The position numbers were made by a program, and so were the translations under genes. Shown here in pieces: positions 19,419 through 29,729 of a stretch of 64,000 nucleotides of DNA (positions are counted from its first letter, which is position 1; the number at the start of each line of letters is the position of its first letter). The notes under the pieces were generated by a model. The model did not search any database, had not been told where the DNA came from, and worked only from the letters and a program-made list of their open reading frames with translations. Location: positions 1 to 64,000 of the IMG/VR virus record IMGVR_UViG_3300037110_000087. The stretch is one strand, 5' to 3'.

Positions 19419-20060
19419 TTAAGGGCGGGACTGAGGTTTGTTCACATGCGGAACCGGCTGACCCCGCAGGAACTTGGTGGGATTCTTGGCCTGGGCGGCG
19501 ACCTGAGTTTTCTTCGCGGCCTTCTGGAAGTCCACCCACATGGTAAACGCACGATCCAAATCCTTGGTGTACTTGATCTGGACCTGGATGTCTGCGTATT
19601 CGAAGGTGGCCTTCTTGGCCTTGAGAGAACCACTGTCGATGGTCTTCCGCAGTTCATTCATGCGGGTGATTACCTTGCGGTCTACCGGTTCGGGCTTGTT
19701 CATCTTGAACGCACTGATGAGCCGCTTGTTCAGTTTAGCCTTCTCTTCCATGAGACTGGCGATCTCTTCGATCTTCTTGATCGGGTCCGAGGTAGCTTCG
19801 AAGGCCACTGAGAAATTACCACCGCGCAGTTCAGCCTGAAACGCCGAAGTGGTATATTTGGCGTTATTGGCGTCCCTGATTTCCAGGATACCCAGTTCAG
19901 CTTCCTCAACCTGGAAAGGGGACATCATCAGGAAGAAGTCAAGGTTCTTCGGATCGAAGCGTCGTGCGGCCTCTTTCGCCCTTGGGTCCTTCTCCGTGTT
20001 CAGGAAGGATACCAGAGTGCTAAGAGTAGCATCCGGAATGGTGAAGATCAAGCGTTCCAT
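19419..20060 (-). CDS. hypothetical protein, probably highly expressed
   Basis: Start ATG 20060 after GAGGTG; strongly G/C-ending codons; Lys/Ala-rich and helical. Confidence 0.75.
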   Translation of the reverse strand: MERLIFTIPDATLSTLVSFLNTEKDPRAKEAARRFDPKNLDFFLMMSPFQVEEAELGILEIRDANNAKYTTSAFQAELRGGNFSVAFEATSDPIKKIEEIASLMEEKAKLNKRLISAFKMNKPEPVDRKVITRMNELRKTIDSGSLKAKKATFEYADIQVQIKYTKDLDRAFTMWVDFQKAAKKTQVAAQAKNPTKFLRGQPVPHVNKPQSRP

Positions 20061-20090
20061 GGCAACACCTCGTACCATGGATAACATTAA

Positions 20091-20315
20091 TCAGTTGGAA
20101 ACAGTTGGAGAGAGGGCTTTCATGATTTCACTAAACGCGTATGATAAATCCTCATAGGCAGATTTAAGATCTTCCAAGGTTTTGGATTTTGGTCCCTCTG
20201 AAACATATTGGCTCTTATTTTTATTCAATTCAAATGCTAAATCGAACATAATCTTAGTGATAGAACTAGGGCCAATATAAATGGCTTTCTTTGTTACATG
20301 AGCTATGATTTTCAT
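20091..20315 (-). CDS. hypothetical protein
   Basis: 74-aa ORF. Confidence 0.6.
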   Translation of the reverse strand: MKIIAHVTKKAIYIGPSSITKIMFDLAFELNKNKSQYVSEGPKSKTLEDLKSAYEDLSYAFSEIMKALSPTVSN

Positions 20316-20752
20316 TACTGACCTCTCAAAAGCTGAGTCCTAGGAGATTTCATTAGATGGCTAGCATCTCCAATAATCTTAGATCTAGCATCCCGCCATT
20401 CTTTCATTAATTCCTCTTTATGAAGAGAAAGGGGATTAATAGATTCCCCATCTGTTATTCCATATGCTGCGGCCTGAAATTCACTATCAATGACCGGTCT
20501 GATGACCTTTGCGACATCAGCTGCTGAATTAGCCATCAGATTATAATGAGCTACTCCAGACTCCGCTACTGCGCTATTCTCGACCACTCCATGAATCTCA
20601 TACCCCTGCTCTGATTCAATAATCTCGAAAATAAATGAAGGACCCCAAGAGTTCTCTAGGACAATAGACGGATGTCTAATAACCCCGTTGTCATCTTGGA
20701 TTTCATGGACAAATTCTGCTTTCTTCAAATTGGCTGTCAGATGTAGTTTCAT
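20315..20752 (-). CDS. hypothetical protein with N-terminal MKLxLxAx[VIL] motif
   Basis: Starts MKLHLTANL; RBS AAGGA. Confidence 0.75.
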   Translation of the reverse strand: MKLHLTANLKKAEFVHEIQDDNGVIRHPSIVLENSWGPSFIFEIIESEQGYEIHGVVENSAVAESGVAHYNLMANSAADVAKVIRPVIDSEFQAAAYGITDGESINPLSLHKEELMKEWRDARSKIIGDASHLMKSPRTQLLRGQ

Positions 20753-20762
20753 TTATTTCCTT

Positions 20763-21359
20763 TTAATTTAAATATACCCAACCGGTAAAGGGGAAATCTC
20801 CGGTTATTACTATAGTATTTGCATCCAAATAATTAACACCAGTCCAGACCTTGATACCATTTTCATCTGTCACAGTTACATCCGGATATCTGTTAAGGTT
20901 GTGAACGACAGTCCAAGCGGTAGATGGGGCAGTTTGCTGATAAGAGAAGGTTGGGATCTCATTGGCGATAATCTTCCCATTTTCCAATATTGCTGTATTC
21001 CCTGATATCTCAGAGCTAGACTGAATAATTAGTTCCCAACGACCCTCCAGAGGTTGGGTTACTGACGCAATTAGGAGGAATCCATCAGCCGTGGATTCAT
21101 TGAGTGGATCCCATCTATAGACAGACCCTTGACTAACGACTATTCTACAATCATTATCTTGGAGACCACTAGCGGGGATAGCTGCCAGATCTGAAAGATT
21201 CTGAACAAATGGACCCCACTGGGGAGCACCAGGATCTTGACCATGTAATAATTTCTCAATCAGAAAAGATTCATATTGCCCACCAGAGAACTTATAAATT
21301 TCTTTAAGAACTCGTGGAAGATCTTCGCTTGGATATGGGGGACCTGGAGTAAAGCTCAT
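20763..21359 (-). CDS. virion structural protein
   Basis: C-terminal WTVVHNLNRYPDVTVTDENG...YLDANTIVI module, related to the end of 16669..17877. Confidence 0.6.
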   Translation of the reverse strand: MSFTPGPPYPSEDLPRVLKEIYKFSGGQYESFLIEKLLHGQDPGAPQWGPFVQNLSDLAAIPASGLQDNDCRIVVSQGSVYRWDPLNESTADGFLLIASVTQPLEGRWELIIQSSSEISGNTAILENGKIIANEIPTFSYQQTAPSTAWTVVHNLNRYPDVTVTDENGIKVWTGVNYLDANTIVITGDFPFTGWVYLN

Positions 21360-22801
21360 AGTTTAGGGTAACACAAATCCTTGACCCATTTTCTCTTTCC
21401 AGAATCCCAGATCCTATACCAGCCTTTTTTGGCTGCTTCTTCTTGCTCGTTAACACCAGCAGGAACACGGAAATTGAATTTATGCTTACGTTGCTGTTGT
21501 TTTGTATAATAATAATCTGGCTTCAATTCTTTCACACATTCAAACCCAAGGCTTCTATAAAGAGAACCATCATGAAGTCTGTTGTCAGAAAAACTCACAA
21601 TAGTTTTATATTTATTCAACTGTAAAATTAATCCTAGAGCTTTCTGATGGGGGTTCCATGTCTTAAAAGAATGATCCCAACAGGCACGAGTCCATTCAAC
21701 AACTTCTTCAGACCTCTTCTTGAAAACCCAGGCCCCAACCACTTTGTCCTTATACATCGCACAGATATAATGGGTACCACTGCACTGGTTGTCTCCCAAG
21801 TAATGATATTGAGACAAAAAGGGTTTTATTTCATCCAGTATGCAAAAGATGAAAATAGGTTTTATACGCTTCTGTTTCTTTGGAATTAACTGATCAAGGA
21901 TCAGTTGCCAGTTCTCATCTGAGTAGATCTGGATCAGACGTATTCCTAAGGTTTGACATAATAAGTATTTCTCGTAGTCTTTCCTGGGTGATTTGAGAGT
22001 TTCCTCAGAATGCCAATGTAGACCATGATATTCAATACCCGTCTTGATAGATGGAATCCAAATATCTAGTTCAAATGGCTTAATTACTTCCCTTGTGTTG
22101 AACTGAGTGTCCGGATAAAACATCAATAGTTTTTTATATATTTCTCCTGCCTGTGAGTCTTGACTCTTCCCTGGATCAACACAACCACAACTCTTGGGAT
22201 TTAGCCTCATATTGTAAAAATAATTATCTACCCTTTGACCACATTCACAAATGAATGTTAATCTTATCCCAGACCCATAACTCCATTCATCGGGCAACAA
22301 TTGATTTGGATCAAGCCTCAATTCCCCCCATTTCTGTTTGATCCAATATCCTTTAGGTAAGTCATTGCAGTGCTTACAACTAGCACTGTTGTTTTCATTT
22401 CTGCTCAAAATATTGAGACTCGTTTGGGTTTTTCTGCCGCAATCACATAGGAACCAAAATACCTTTCCAGAATTGGGTCCAAGTTCATCGGGAAGATTCT
22501 GATCTGGACATAATCGCAGTTTCCCCAGTCTCAATTGCAGCCAATATGCTATTGGTTTAGAAGAACACCTCCCACAGCTGGTAGAGTGACCTGATGGTAC
22601 ATACGCAAATTTAATTTCAGCAGTTTTCCCACAATCACAAACAAATCTGAACTTCTTATTACTCCCTTGACCCCATTCAGACGGCAAGTCCTGAATGGGG
22701 TCAAGGGATAATTTATTCCATTTCTGGAGCAGCCAGAATTCTTTAAGCATAGAGTGATTTTGGTTTTGCATTCGGGTCCGCTCCATTAGTGACCCATTCA
22801 A
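21356..22801 (-). mobile_element. free-standing homing-endonuclease-like gene: 3 Zn-ribbon repeats, PD-(D/E)XK/Vsr-like nuclease and GNAT-like C-terminal domain
   Basis: Three W..KW..L.L.P.Q.LP.E...F.CDCG...C..C repeats; ELDIWIP...GIEYHGLHWHS; FL.QYHYLG...VSFSD.R..DG.LY..LGF...WDSG. The true start may be a downstream ATG. Confidence 0.65.
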
Positions 22802-25682
22802 TCAGTCTGTCTAGATGTTCTTCGGTGTCATCCCAAGCCTGAGTATCATACATATTGCTTGAAATTTCGCAATCAGCGCTCATCGGAATGAACTCAAAAT
22901 CTTCCTTGCTGATCGACTCTTTGACACTAGGAGGTTTTTCCATAGTTCTTAAGAGAATGGGTGCCCATATTTTAACACAATGGATAGGCATTTCAACATA
23001 GATTGCATCGTGCACGGTATTGATGATCCTGATATCCTCGCCAGATTCGTTAGCCAATTTCTGATAGTCGTGAGCGGCTAACAGGGTCCAAATGGCTGCA
23101 GCGTTCTGCACTGGATTGTTATTGATGGCATTCAGGCAGTGAGTGGTTTCCTTATTACTGGAAGCCCATAGTCCATAAGTGACCCGCCGGTAGCCAAATA
23201 GAGTCTCGACGAAGCCATTCTCACTAGCAAATCTCTCCAATTTAATGAATAATTTGGCGACATCCTTGTATGTGTCGCGGAATCGATCGACCAATTTCTG
23301 AGCTTCTGGGAGTGGGATCTTCAAATCAGCGGCCAGAGTGGGAGCAGCATTAGCTGCGAACAGAATTGTAAAAGTCAGAGCCTTAGCCTTGGACCGAAGT
23401 TCCTTGGTCACCTCCCTAATTGGGACGTTGAACAGAGCAGACGCGTTCTGACGATGGAAATCAGCATCAAACTTCAACATTTCAAATAGTTCTTTGCTTG
23501 GGTTCTGGATAAACTTTAAACGGTAGCTATCAACATTGTTGAAGACTTTCTGCATTGCCGTATCTTGTGCGAAGATCCCCATTACCCGGACCTCTGCATT
23601 AGCGTAGTCAGCTTGGACCATTGCATAACCAGGACGGACCTTGATGACCTTCTTGACCAAACCTTTAATTTCGTTACCAGACTCCCCAGACCGTGGGATC
23701 TGCTGTAGGTTTGGCTCGATGCAGGAGGTTCTGCCGGTCACAGTGGTGAGGAAATAACTGGCCCTTACCCGATTATCTGAGTATTGAGCAGCATTAGTCC
23801 GGAAGGAAGGTAAGAACACTGTAGTGAGCTTGGTCCGTTCCCTGAATTGTTTCAAATATTGGACAGTCTCAACCTTGTCGGCATGTTTATCCAGGAAGAC
23901 ATTATCTGTACTATACGTACCCGCAACCACTGGTTCCAACTTTAGATAGCCATAGAAGAACTTCACAAGCTGAGGGTTACTATTCAGATTGAAGGACTCA
24001 GGACTATTCAGTTTGAGTCCAGGCATCTCAAATAGACTAGCTCTCTTTGCCGTTTTCTCTTTCTTATCTGCTGCTGCCTTCTCTGCTGCCTCAAGTGCTG
24101 AGAACCTTTGGACATCTGGATTCTTAAGGAAATTTTGTTGAGCCTGTTGAGCCTCGTAGGCAATTGATCCCTTAATCTTCACATCTTCCATCTGTGCGAT
24201 CGCTGAGGCGTCAATCGGTAATCCATTCTTTTCAATCTGGGCTAGCAACCAACAAGCCTTCGCCATGATCCCACCAGCGACTTTATCACGGCTATCCTTG
24301 AGATTGACATCCAGAAGGATCATATAAGCCTTCCAGACTCTCCAAGTATAGATAGCATCCTTAGCCGCATACCGGGCAATGTCAGTCCAACCATATCTGG
24401 CAATAGCTTCAACCATATCTTTGCGGTTTTCTTTCTCGCTTAACCATGTCTGGTCCCAGATTCCAAGAATGTCAATCACCTGACCAGCTAAGGATAGCCA
24501 ACCATAAGCGGTATTAGATAAACCGGGACTCTTCTCGGCTCTCCAGGTGGGATCACCAAAATGCTCTTCAAACACGTATGCCATAAAGCTAGCATCCCAT
24601 TGCACCCAGGGGGTCCATTTCGGATCTGGACTGAGAGCAGCCACTGCCTCTATATCAAACTTGGTATTGAAGCAGATCTTTGGATTCGGTAAGCAAAGTA
24701 GTCTGAAGGCCAAGCGTTTGAATTCTCTTGCATCATAGTCAGGAATGAAATCTTCAGCTTCAATAGGGATTGTGAAACCATTAATTCCATCAAATGAAAA
24801 TGATAGCATAATACATTTATTCTCGACCTTTTTCAGACCAGTAGTCTCAGTATCCCAAGCGAAGGTGGTACCGGACTGCTCCAGATAATCTATTACCTGA
24901 CTGAGATATGCAGGATCTTTAATCTCAAGCATCTGCTCTGAAGTTGGGATTTTCTGATACGCTGGATCCGATTGAGAAAGCCAAATAGCTCTGCCTAAGT
25001 CAGCCTTCCACTGACTGGCATGATGGTTGTGGATATAAACATCCCTAGTCCCAACCGTGGATATAATTAATCGTTCCCGACCAGCAAGCTCTAGATAGGT
25101 GTTTTTACCACGAGACTTGTAAAGATCATCCTCATTTGGCAAAAAGATGTTGGTGACACGATGACCAAAGGTAACGATAATATCGGGATCGTAAGCCTCT
25201 ATCTCCTTTATGAGATGATTCATGCAATAGGTAAAATGAGCCTTCTCCTCTTCATAAAGCTCCTTGGCTGCCTTCTTCTTTGTGACTTCCTTGGCCGTAG
25301 TAAAGACAAGATTCTTGAAGTTATTATAGAAACTTGGGTGACCTTCGCATTTCAATGCGTGAGTGATAAATAGGTCGTGAGTCTCATCAATTAGAGTCTT
25401 CAAGACCATTTTCAAGATCTTGTGTGGTTTACTACCCCATAACACTGAGTCCTCATAATCCTGTTGAGGGGTATTTGAATTGGCCACCTGACTGGATAGA
25501 GGACAGTCGAGCACTAACATGATCTTCTTTTTTGATCTGTTTCCCTGAGTATAGAAACTGAGCACTCGTTTGGGGCAATTCTCGTTGACTAACCGCTTGT
25601 ATTGCAAAATCCCACAAGCTGTGTTGCAGAACTGACTGATATCCACATCCGATCTATACGGATGGAATTTCGGGAACGCCAT
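22743..25682 (-). CDS. polA: family A DNA polymerase with N-terminal UDG-like domain and 3'-5' exonuclease
   Basis: WDTETTG, FNTKFD, YAAKDA (exonuclease); GRTSCIEPNLQQIPR, ADYANAEVR, DFHRQNA, KAKALTF, PVQNAAA, NTVHDA (polymerase). N-terminal LKC...YC...EI..YDPDIIVTFG is family-4 UDG-like. Confidence 0.92.
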   Translation of the reverse strand: MAFPKFHPYRSDVDISQFCNTACGILQYKRLVNENCPKRVLSFYTQGNRSKKKIMLVLDCPLSSQVANSNTPQQDYEDSVLWGSKPHKILKMVLKTLIDETHDLFITHALKCEGHPSFYNNFKNLVFTTAKEVTKKKAAKELYEEEKAHFTYCMNHLIKEIEAYDPDIIVTFGHRVTNIFLPNEDDLYKSRGKNTYLELAGRERLIISTVGTRDVYIHNHHASQWKADLGRAIWLSQSDPAYQKIPTSEQMLEIKDPAYLSQVIDYLEQSGTTFAWDTETTGLKKVENKCIMLSFSFDGINGFTIPIEAEDFIPDYDAREFKRLAFRLLCLPNPKICFNTKFDIEAVAALSPDPKWTPWVQWDASFMAYVFEEHFGDPTWRAEKSPGLSNTAYGWLSLAGQVIDILGIWDQTWLSEKENRKDMVEAIARYGWTDIARYAAKDAIYTWRVWKAYMILLDVNLKDSRDKVAGGIMAKACWLLAQIEKNGLPIDASAIAQMEDVKIKGSIAYEAQQAQQNFLKNPDVQRFSALEAAEKAAADKKEKTAKRASLFEMPGLKLNSPESFNLNSNPQLVKFFYGYLKLEPVVAGTYSTDNVFLDKHADKVETVQYLKQFRERTKLTTVFLPSFRTNAAQYSDNRVRASYFLTTVTGRTSCIEPNLQQIPRSGESGNEIKGLVKKVIKVRPGYAMVQADYANAEVRVMGIFAQDTAMQKVFNNVDSYRLKFIQNPSKELFEMLKFDADFHRQNASALFNVPIREVTKELRSKAKALTFTILFAANAAPTLAADLKIPLPEAQKLVDRFRDTYKDVAKLFIKLERFASENGFVETLFGYRRVTYGLWASSNKETTHCLNAINNNPVQNAAAIWTLLAAHDYQKLANESGEDIRIINTVHDAIYVEMPIHCVKIWAPILLRTMEKPPSVKESISKEDFEFIPMSADCEISSNMYDTQAWDDTEEHLDRLIEWVTNGADPNAKPKSLYA

Positions 25683-25775
25683 GTATCCTCCTAGGAATGG
25701 CTATAGGGACTCTTCGAAGTCTTTAATTGATAACCCCCGAGAAGTTATGATAGAATAGAGGAGATTGGAGTAAAT

Positions 25776-26168
25776 ATGTCAAAATTGAAGTTCACTGCAA
25801 AGAAAACCAAAAAGTACCCCAAAATCACGTTCAATAAGGATAACAAGTCGGGCAACGACAAGAGTGCTGTTAAACCCTTGAAGAACAAGAAAGCAGATGT
25901 TGGTCGTATTCCCTGGGTTTATGATTTTGATCTAGAACCCGCTGTCGATCCCGACGATGCTGCCTCAAGAGTCATCAAAATAATCATCAAAGATGATATG
26001 GGACAATCGCATTCCTTCTTAATTGATCCCACCATTGGAAGTGATTTCGGGGAGGCATTAGCGAGATTTTCAGAAGCCGATTATGAACAGGACGATCTAG
26101 AGGAAGGCCCAGAAGATCCAATGATTGGTGACGCCCAGGATCTTAGCAATGGGCCATTTGAACCCTAG
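25776..26168 (+). CDS. hypothetical protein, basic N-terminus and acidic C-terminus
   Basis: 130 aa, RBS GGAG; starts MSKLKFTA. Confidence 0.7.
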   Translation: MSKLKFTAKKTKKYPKITFNKDNKSGNDKSAVKPLKNKKADVGRIPWVYDFDLEPAVDPDDAASRVIKIIIKDDMGQSHSFLIDPTIGSDFGEALARFSEADYEQDDLEEGPEDPMIGDAQDLSNGPFEP

Positions 26169-27948
26169 ATTCCAGGTAAGCTCTCGGGCCTAATTCAATA
26201 AAATCAACAATTGATTTAATAAAATGCACCTGATATGCTGAATTCTCATAGATCAGCAATTCAGGTGCTTTTCCATGTAGATCATTGCCTTTCATATCCC
26301 GATAAAGACTGTTATTCCACGCGTTTATGAAGTGGTAGATTCTATCCACCTTATCATGAATGCCCTTGATGTTCAATGCGTATTCAATGAACTTTCCCGC
26401 TGATTTAAATTGACTTGCCAGATACCAAGCCTTCTCATTCCAAGTCCCGTTTGAGATAATCTCCAATCTCATCCGATTCTCGGCGTTACCCCCGAATCTT
26501 AGATTCAGTTCATCCTTAAAAATCCCCTCAGCTGAGTAAGAGGAGGCATATTGCTTGCGACAGTAATCCCCTGTCTTCGCCAGCAGCCCAAGGCCCTCTA
26601 ATCTCAGTCTCCAATTGTAAAGTGTGTTATTAGAGACTTTCTCACATCCCCAGTCCTCCAAGACCGGGTTGTACATCTGTACTGGACGCTTACAATTATG
26701 AGCGGGGCCACTCTTAATAATTGTTCCATAGATGATCGTCATGAGTAGCGAATTGTAGACTGAACTCTGCACTGAGGACAATAGGCTGAGATCTTCCTCA
26801 TCAAGTTCAATTGCTAGTCTTGGTCCAAGTTTCCGTAAAAGAATTTCATATTGTTGATCCCTCTCCAACTTGCGGTTCTGCCACCGTGCACCCTTTGGCT
26901 TGCCCTGGTTGACAACCAATTTGACCAGTGCCTTCACACCTTGCTTGCTTAGAAGATGGGTATCATAACCATTAGGGTTCTGTTCAGTTGTATATTTTCT
27001 ATAATCAAAGGGATCCTCCTCTGGCTCCTCTTGAATCAGATCTGAGGCAGGTTTGATCACCAATGAAGGGTAGACCTCCTTGCTCATTAAAAGTTCAGTA
27101 ATCTCTAGACTGAGGAAACAATTAGTGGTGCTAGAGTCAGTCTTATCCAGGATTCGTTTATCTGGCTTAGCCCCACAAGCCATGTTAACCACTGGGGCAA
27201 GATTACCAAGGAATCGATCAATATACCAGTCCCGTAATCTCGCTCTCACCTTATGATTCCAACTAGAATTCGCTCCAATCAGAACAGGAACGAAGATCTT
27301 AATTCCCTCTCTGCTTGGGGATAACAGTACTGGATGAGGAACTAATTTCTTAATATCCTCTTGGAATTCATGGATTGAGTCATAACCGACTGCTGGGTAG
27401 GTATCAAAATCTATGAATAGGACAGTTGGCCGATCTACCGGACAAGAACCATCACTAGCTATAAATCTCTTGGACTTGTAGTGGTTCCCTCGATCAAGGG
27501 CCATCACTAGGTTTTCTTTCTTGTCAAAATGGTGAGATCGATAGATTGCTGATTTTAGATTCTTAGGAAGTGGGAGGAGCTGTCCCTTAATTCCTCGCTT
27601 GGATTCTAGGGTTCGGGATGCCTCATAAATAGAAGTGCTCCTACCAAGCGAGAATTCCAAGCTCCTCCTGCCACCCACATGCTTGTAATCGACAAAGCCT
27701 GTATCAAGGAGTTTACCAAATTGTTGTGGGATCAGTTCATCACCAAACCATTCCAATCTTCGAATGATCCTTGGGGTGATCTCAATCCCGCTATAGGGCG
27801 ACATCGCTTCAGCCAGTTTGGAAAGAATCTCTCTGGCGTCAAACAACTCCCCGGATTCAGTATCTACCCAATCATAACCGCTACCAAATGGATCTCTTGA
27901 GTATTGATCGCCAAGATATTCATTAATCAACTCACTATAGGAATGCAT
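26143..27948 (-). CDS. putative AEP (primase-polymerase) superfamily protein with C-terminal winged-helix-like region
   Basis: VLFIDFD (motif I) and LLSPSREGIKIFV (SPSxxGxK, as in BT4734/VirE-N-like AEPs). Confidence 0.5.
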   Translation of the reverse strand: MHSYSELINEYLGDQYSRDPFGSGYDWVDTESGELFDAREILSKLAEAMSPYSGIEITPRIIRRLEWFGDELIPQQFGKLLDTGFVDYKHVGGRRSLEFSLGRSTSIYEASRTLESKRGIKGQLLPLPKNLKSAIYRSHHFDKKENLVMALDRGNHYKSKRFIASDGSCPVDRPTVLFIDFDTYPAVGYDSIHEFQEDIKKLVPHPVLLSPSREGIKIFVPVLIGANSSWNHKVRARLRDWYIDRFLGNLAPVVNMACGAKPDKRILDKTDSSTTNCFLSLEITELLMSKEVYPSLVIKPASDLIQEEPEEDPFDYRKYTTEQNPNGYDTHLLSKQGVKALVKLVVNQGKPKGARWQNRKLERDQQYEILLRKLGPRLAIELDEEDLSLLSSVQSSVYNSLLMTIIYGTIIKSGPAHNCKRPVQMYNPVLEDWGCEKVSNNTLYNWRLRLEGLGLLAKTGDYCRKQYASSYSAEGIFKDELNLRFGGNAENRMRLEIISNGTWNEKAWYLASQFKSAGKFIEYALNIKGIHDKVDRIYHFINAWNNSLYRDMKGNDLHGKAPELLIYENSAYQVHFIKSIVDFIELGPRAYLESRVQMAHC

Positions 27949-28047
27949 GATACCTCATGTGCCTTATAACCATATGTCGGTTTGTTGGGACAAAACCTTC
28001 TGCTCCATTATAGGAACCGGAAATGTTAGAATACTAGTAGGTGAATT

Positions 28048-28380
28048 GTGCAAAAGAATCCCTTGTCTAAAATCTGGTGGACGAAGAGTCCTGGACGAAG
28101 ACCCCAGAGGTTACCTTTCTGCCTTCCTGTGTCAGAGGAAGAAGTTAGACGAGATCCAGCGATCAAAGGAAAAATACCTAGGAGAACTACCTTCTCTGTA
28201 ACTGAACCTGAGTTGGAAAGAAAAGCAGTGCAGGATGAGGACGAATGGGATAATCTGTGTGGTAAGTATCATTACAAGGTAAGCCGAGATCCAAGTGACA
28301 AGACTAGTACCGCTTGGTTCAATGGTAAACAAGTTGGATACTGGGATGGAGAGGATCAGGAAGGCTGGGTTGGGATATGA
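28048..28380 (+). CDS. hypothetical protein (start uncertain, possibly GTG 28129)
   Basis: ORF ends with a 4-nt overlap on the next gene. Confidence 0.5.
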   Translation: MQKNPLSKIWWTKSPGRRPQRLPFCLPVSEEEVRRDPAIKGKIPRRTTFSVTEPELERKAVQDEDEWDNLCGKYHYKVSRDPSDKTSTAWFNGKQVGYWDGEDQEGWVGI

Positions 28381-29729
28381 AACTAATCCTAAGAGCTATG
28401 ATCAGGAAAGCAGTCAATGAATGGAGAGGCTGGGTCACTGGGGAGTATTGGATCGAAAAGGACGGAGGCGAGACTGAATGTAGTGGTGATGGTGAATATG
28501 ACCACGAGAGTTACGCCAAAGAGGTCATTGCCAATCATTATTCAGATGAGGCCCAACAAACACTGTTCCGATTCTTTGGTCTGGGACCCGATGGGAAAGA
28601 CCTGCCAGGAAATCGAAAGACCAAAGCCAAGGAAAATCGAATTGAATATCCTATGGAATTTAGTCAATGTGTTGATTATGAAGAAGTGGTCAGAATGATG
28701 TGTGAAGATAAGTATCCGGCAAGGGAAGAGGATTTCATGCCGGATGCTCTCATGTATAGACATGAAATCAGGAAGTTCTTCCAGAAGTACTTTGAAGCAG
28801 TTCATGTAGTTAATAATTACTTTGGTTGCTGGATTGTAACCGACGACATAGTAAAGAATATTGGGACTTACCTAATGAATAGGTCCGAAGAGTATAGTTA
28901 TGATTATAACGAACGGGATGTTTTGTATTTAGAGGAAATTGGAGTAAAAAAGGTCAAAGAATACAAAGTGATCGAATTCTTAGTCTGTGATCATGCGACA
29001 GATTTAAGGAAAATTCAGCAGGATATCGAGAGACTCGCTGATGGCAGCATGAAAGATACTGAACCCACTGTCAAGAACAAGGAAAAACTACCCAACGAGA
29101 AGCCCAACAAATGGGTTAAGCCGAAGGTCACCACTCAGAACTATATTGATAAAACTCCTCTTGAAGATCGCATGACCTGCAGACAAAGAGAACGTGACAA
29201 CGCGTTTAATCAAGAAGCAGGCTGGGAAGATCCGCTCCCTGGCCAATTCGACTACTGGTTCAAAGGATCAAAGGTCGTGGACAAGAAAGGTCGCCCTCTT
29301 GTCTGCCATCATGGCACTCCTGATAGACGGAGATTAGACGAATCGCAGAGATTCGAAAGTAAGAATAACGCGTATTTTTTCACTCCTGATGTAAATGTTG
29401 CCAAGACTTACGCTAATCCTACGAGAGCGTGGGACTATCAGGAATGTGTCCCAGGTGTTTTGAGCTTCTTCCTTAAGATTGTTGATCCTATGATTGTTGA
29501 TTGGAGAGGGCAGAGATTCCATGGAACTCAAAAGGTAATTGAAGAGGCTCGCGAGAAGGGTCATGATGGCGTGATTATCAACAATGTGATCGATAATTAT
29601 TCAAATTATGATATTAATAAGCGTAATAAGCCGACCACCGTATATGTGGTGTTCAATCGAAATCAGATGAAGTCAATTGATAGTGAGTTGTTTACAGATA
29701 GCGACGAATTCACTGCCTCTAGGGAATAA
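28377..29729 (+). CDS. multidomain protein with C-terminal ART-PolyVal-like ADP-ribosyltransferase domain and N-terminal motif
   Basis: KGSKVVDKKGRPLVCHHGT...YFFTPD..VAKTYA...GHDGVII.NV.D...VYVVFN..QMKS; starts MKLILRAMI. Confidence 0.8.
   Translation: MKLILRAMIRKAVNEWRGWVTGEYWIEKDGGETECSGDGEYDHESYAKEVIANHYSDEAQQTLFRFFGLGPDGKDLPGNRKTKAKENRIEYPMEFSQCVDYEEVVRMMCEDKYPAREEDFMPDALMYRHEIRKFFQKYFEAVHVVNNYFGCWIVTDDIVKNIGTYLMNRSEEYSYDYNERDVLYLEEIGVKKVKEYKVIEFLVCDHATDLRKIQQDIERLADGSMKDTEPTVKNKEKLPNEKPNKWVKPKVTTQNYIDKTPLEDRMTCRQRERDNAFNQEAGWEDPLPGQFDYWFKGSKVVDKKGRPLVCHHGTPDRRRLDESQRFESKNNAYFFTPDVNVAKTYANPTRAWDYQECVPGVLSFFLKIVDPMIVDWRGQRFHGTQKVIEEAREKGHDGVIINNVIDNYSNYDINKRNKPTTVYVVFNRNQMKSIDSELFTDSDEFTASRE

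Noticed and set aside
19419-20340. LRGQ near the C-termini of 19419..20060 and 20315..20752
   Set aside because: Only two instances of a 4-mer, which is compatible with chance.
28545-28575. QQTLF clamp-binding-like motif in the ART-containing protein
   Set aside because: A short motif in an apparently helical context, with no supporting evidence.
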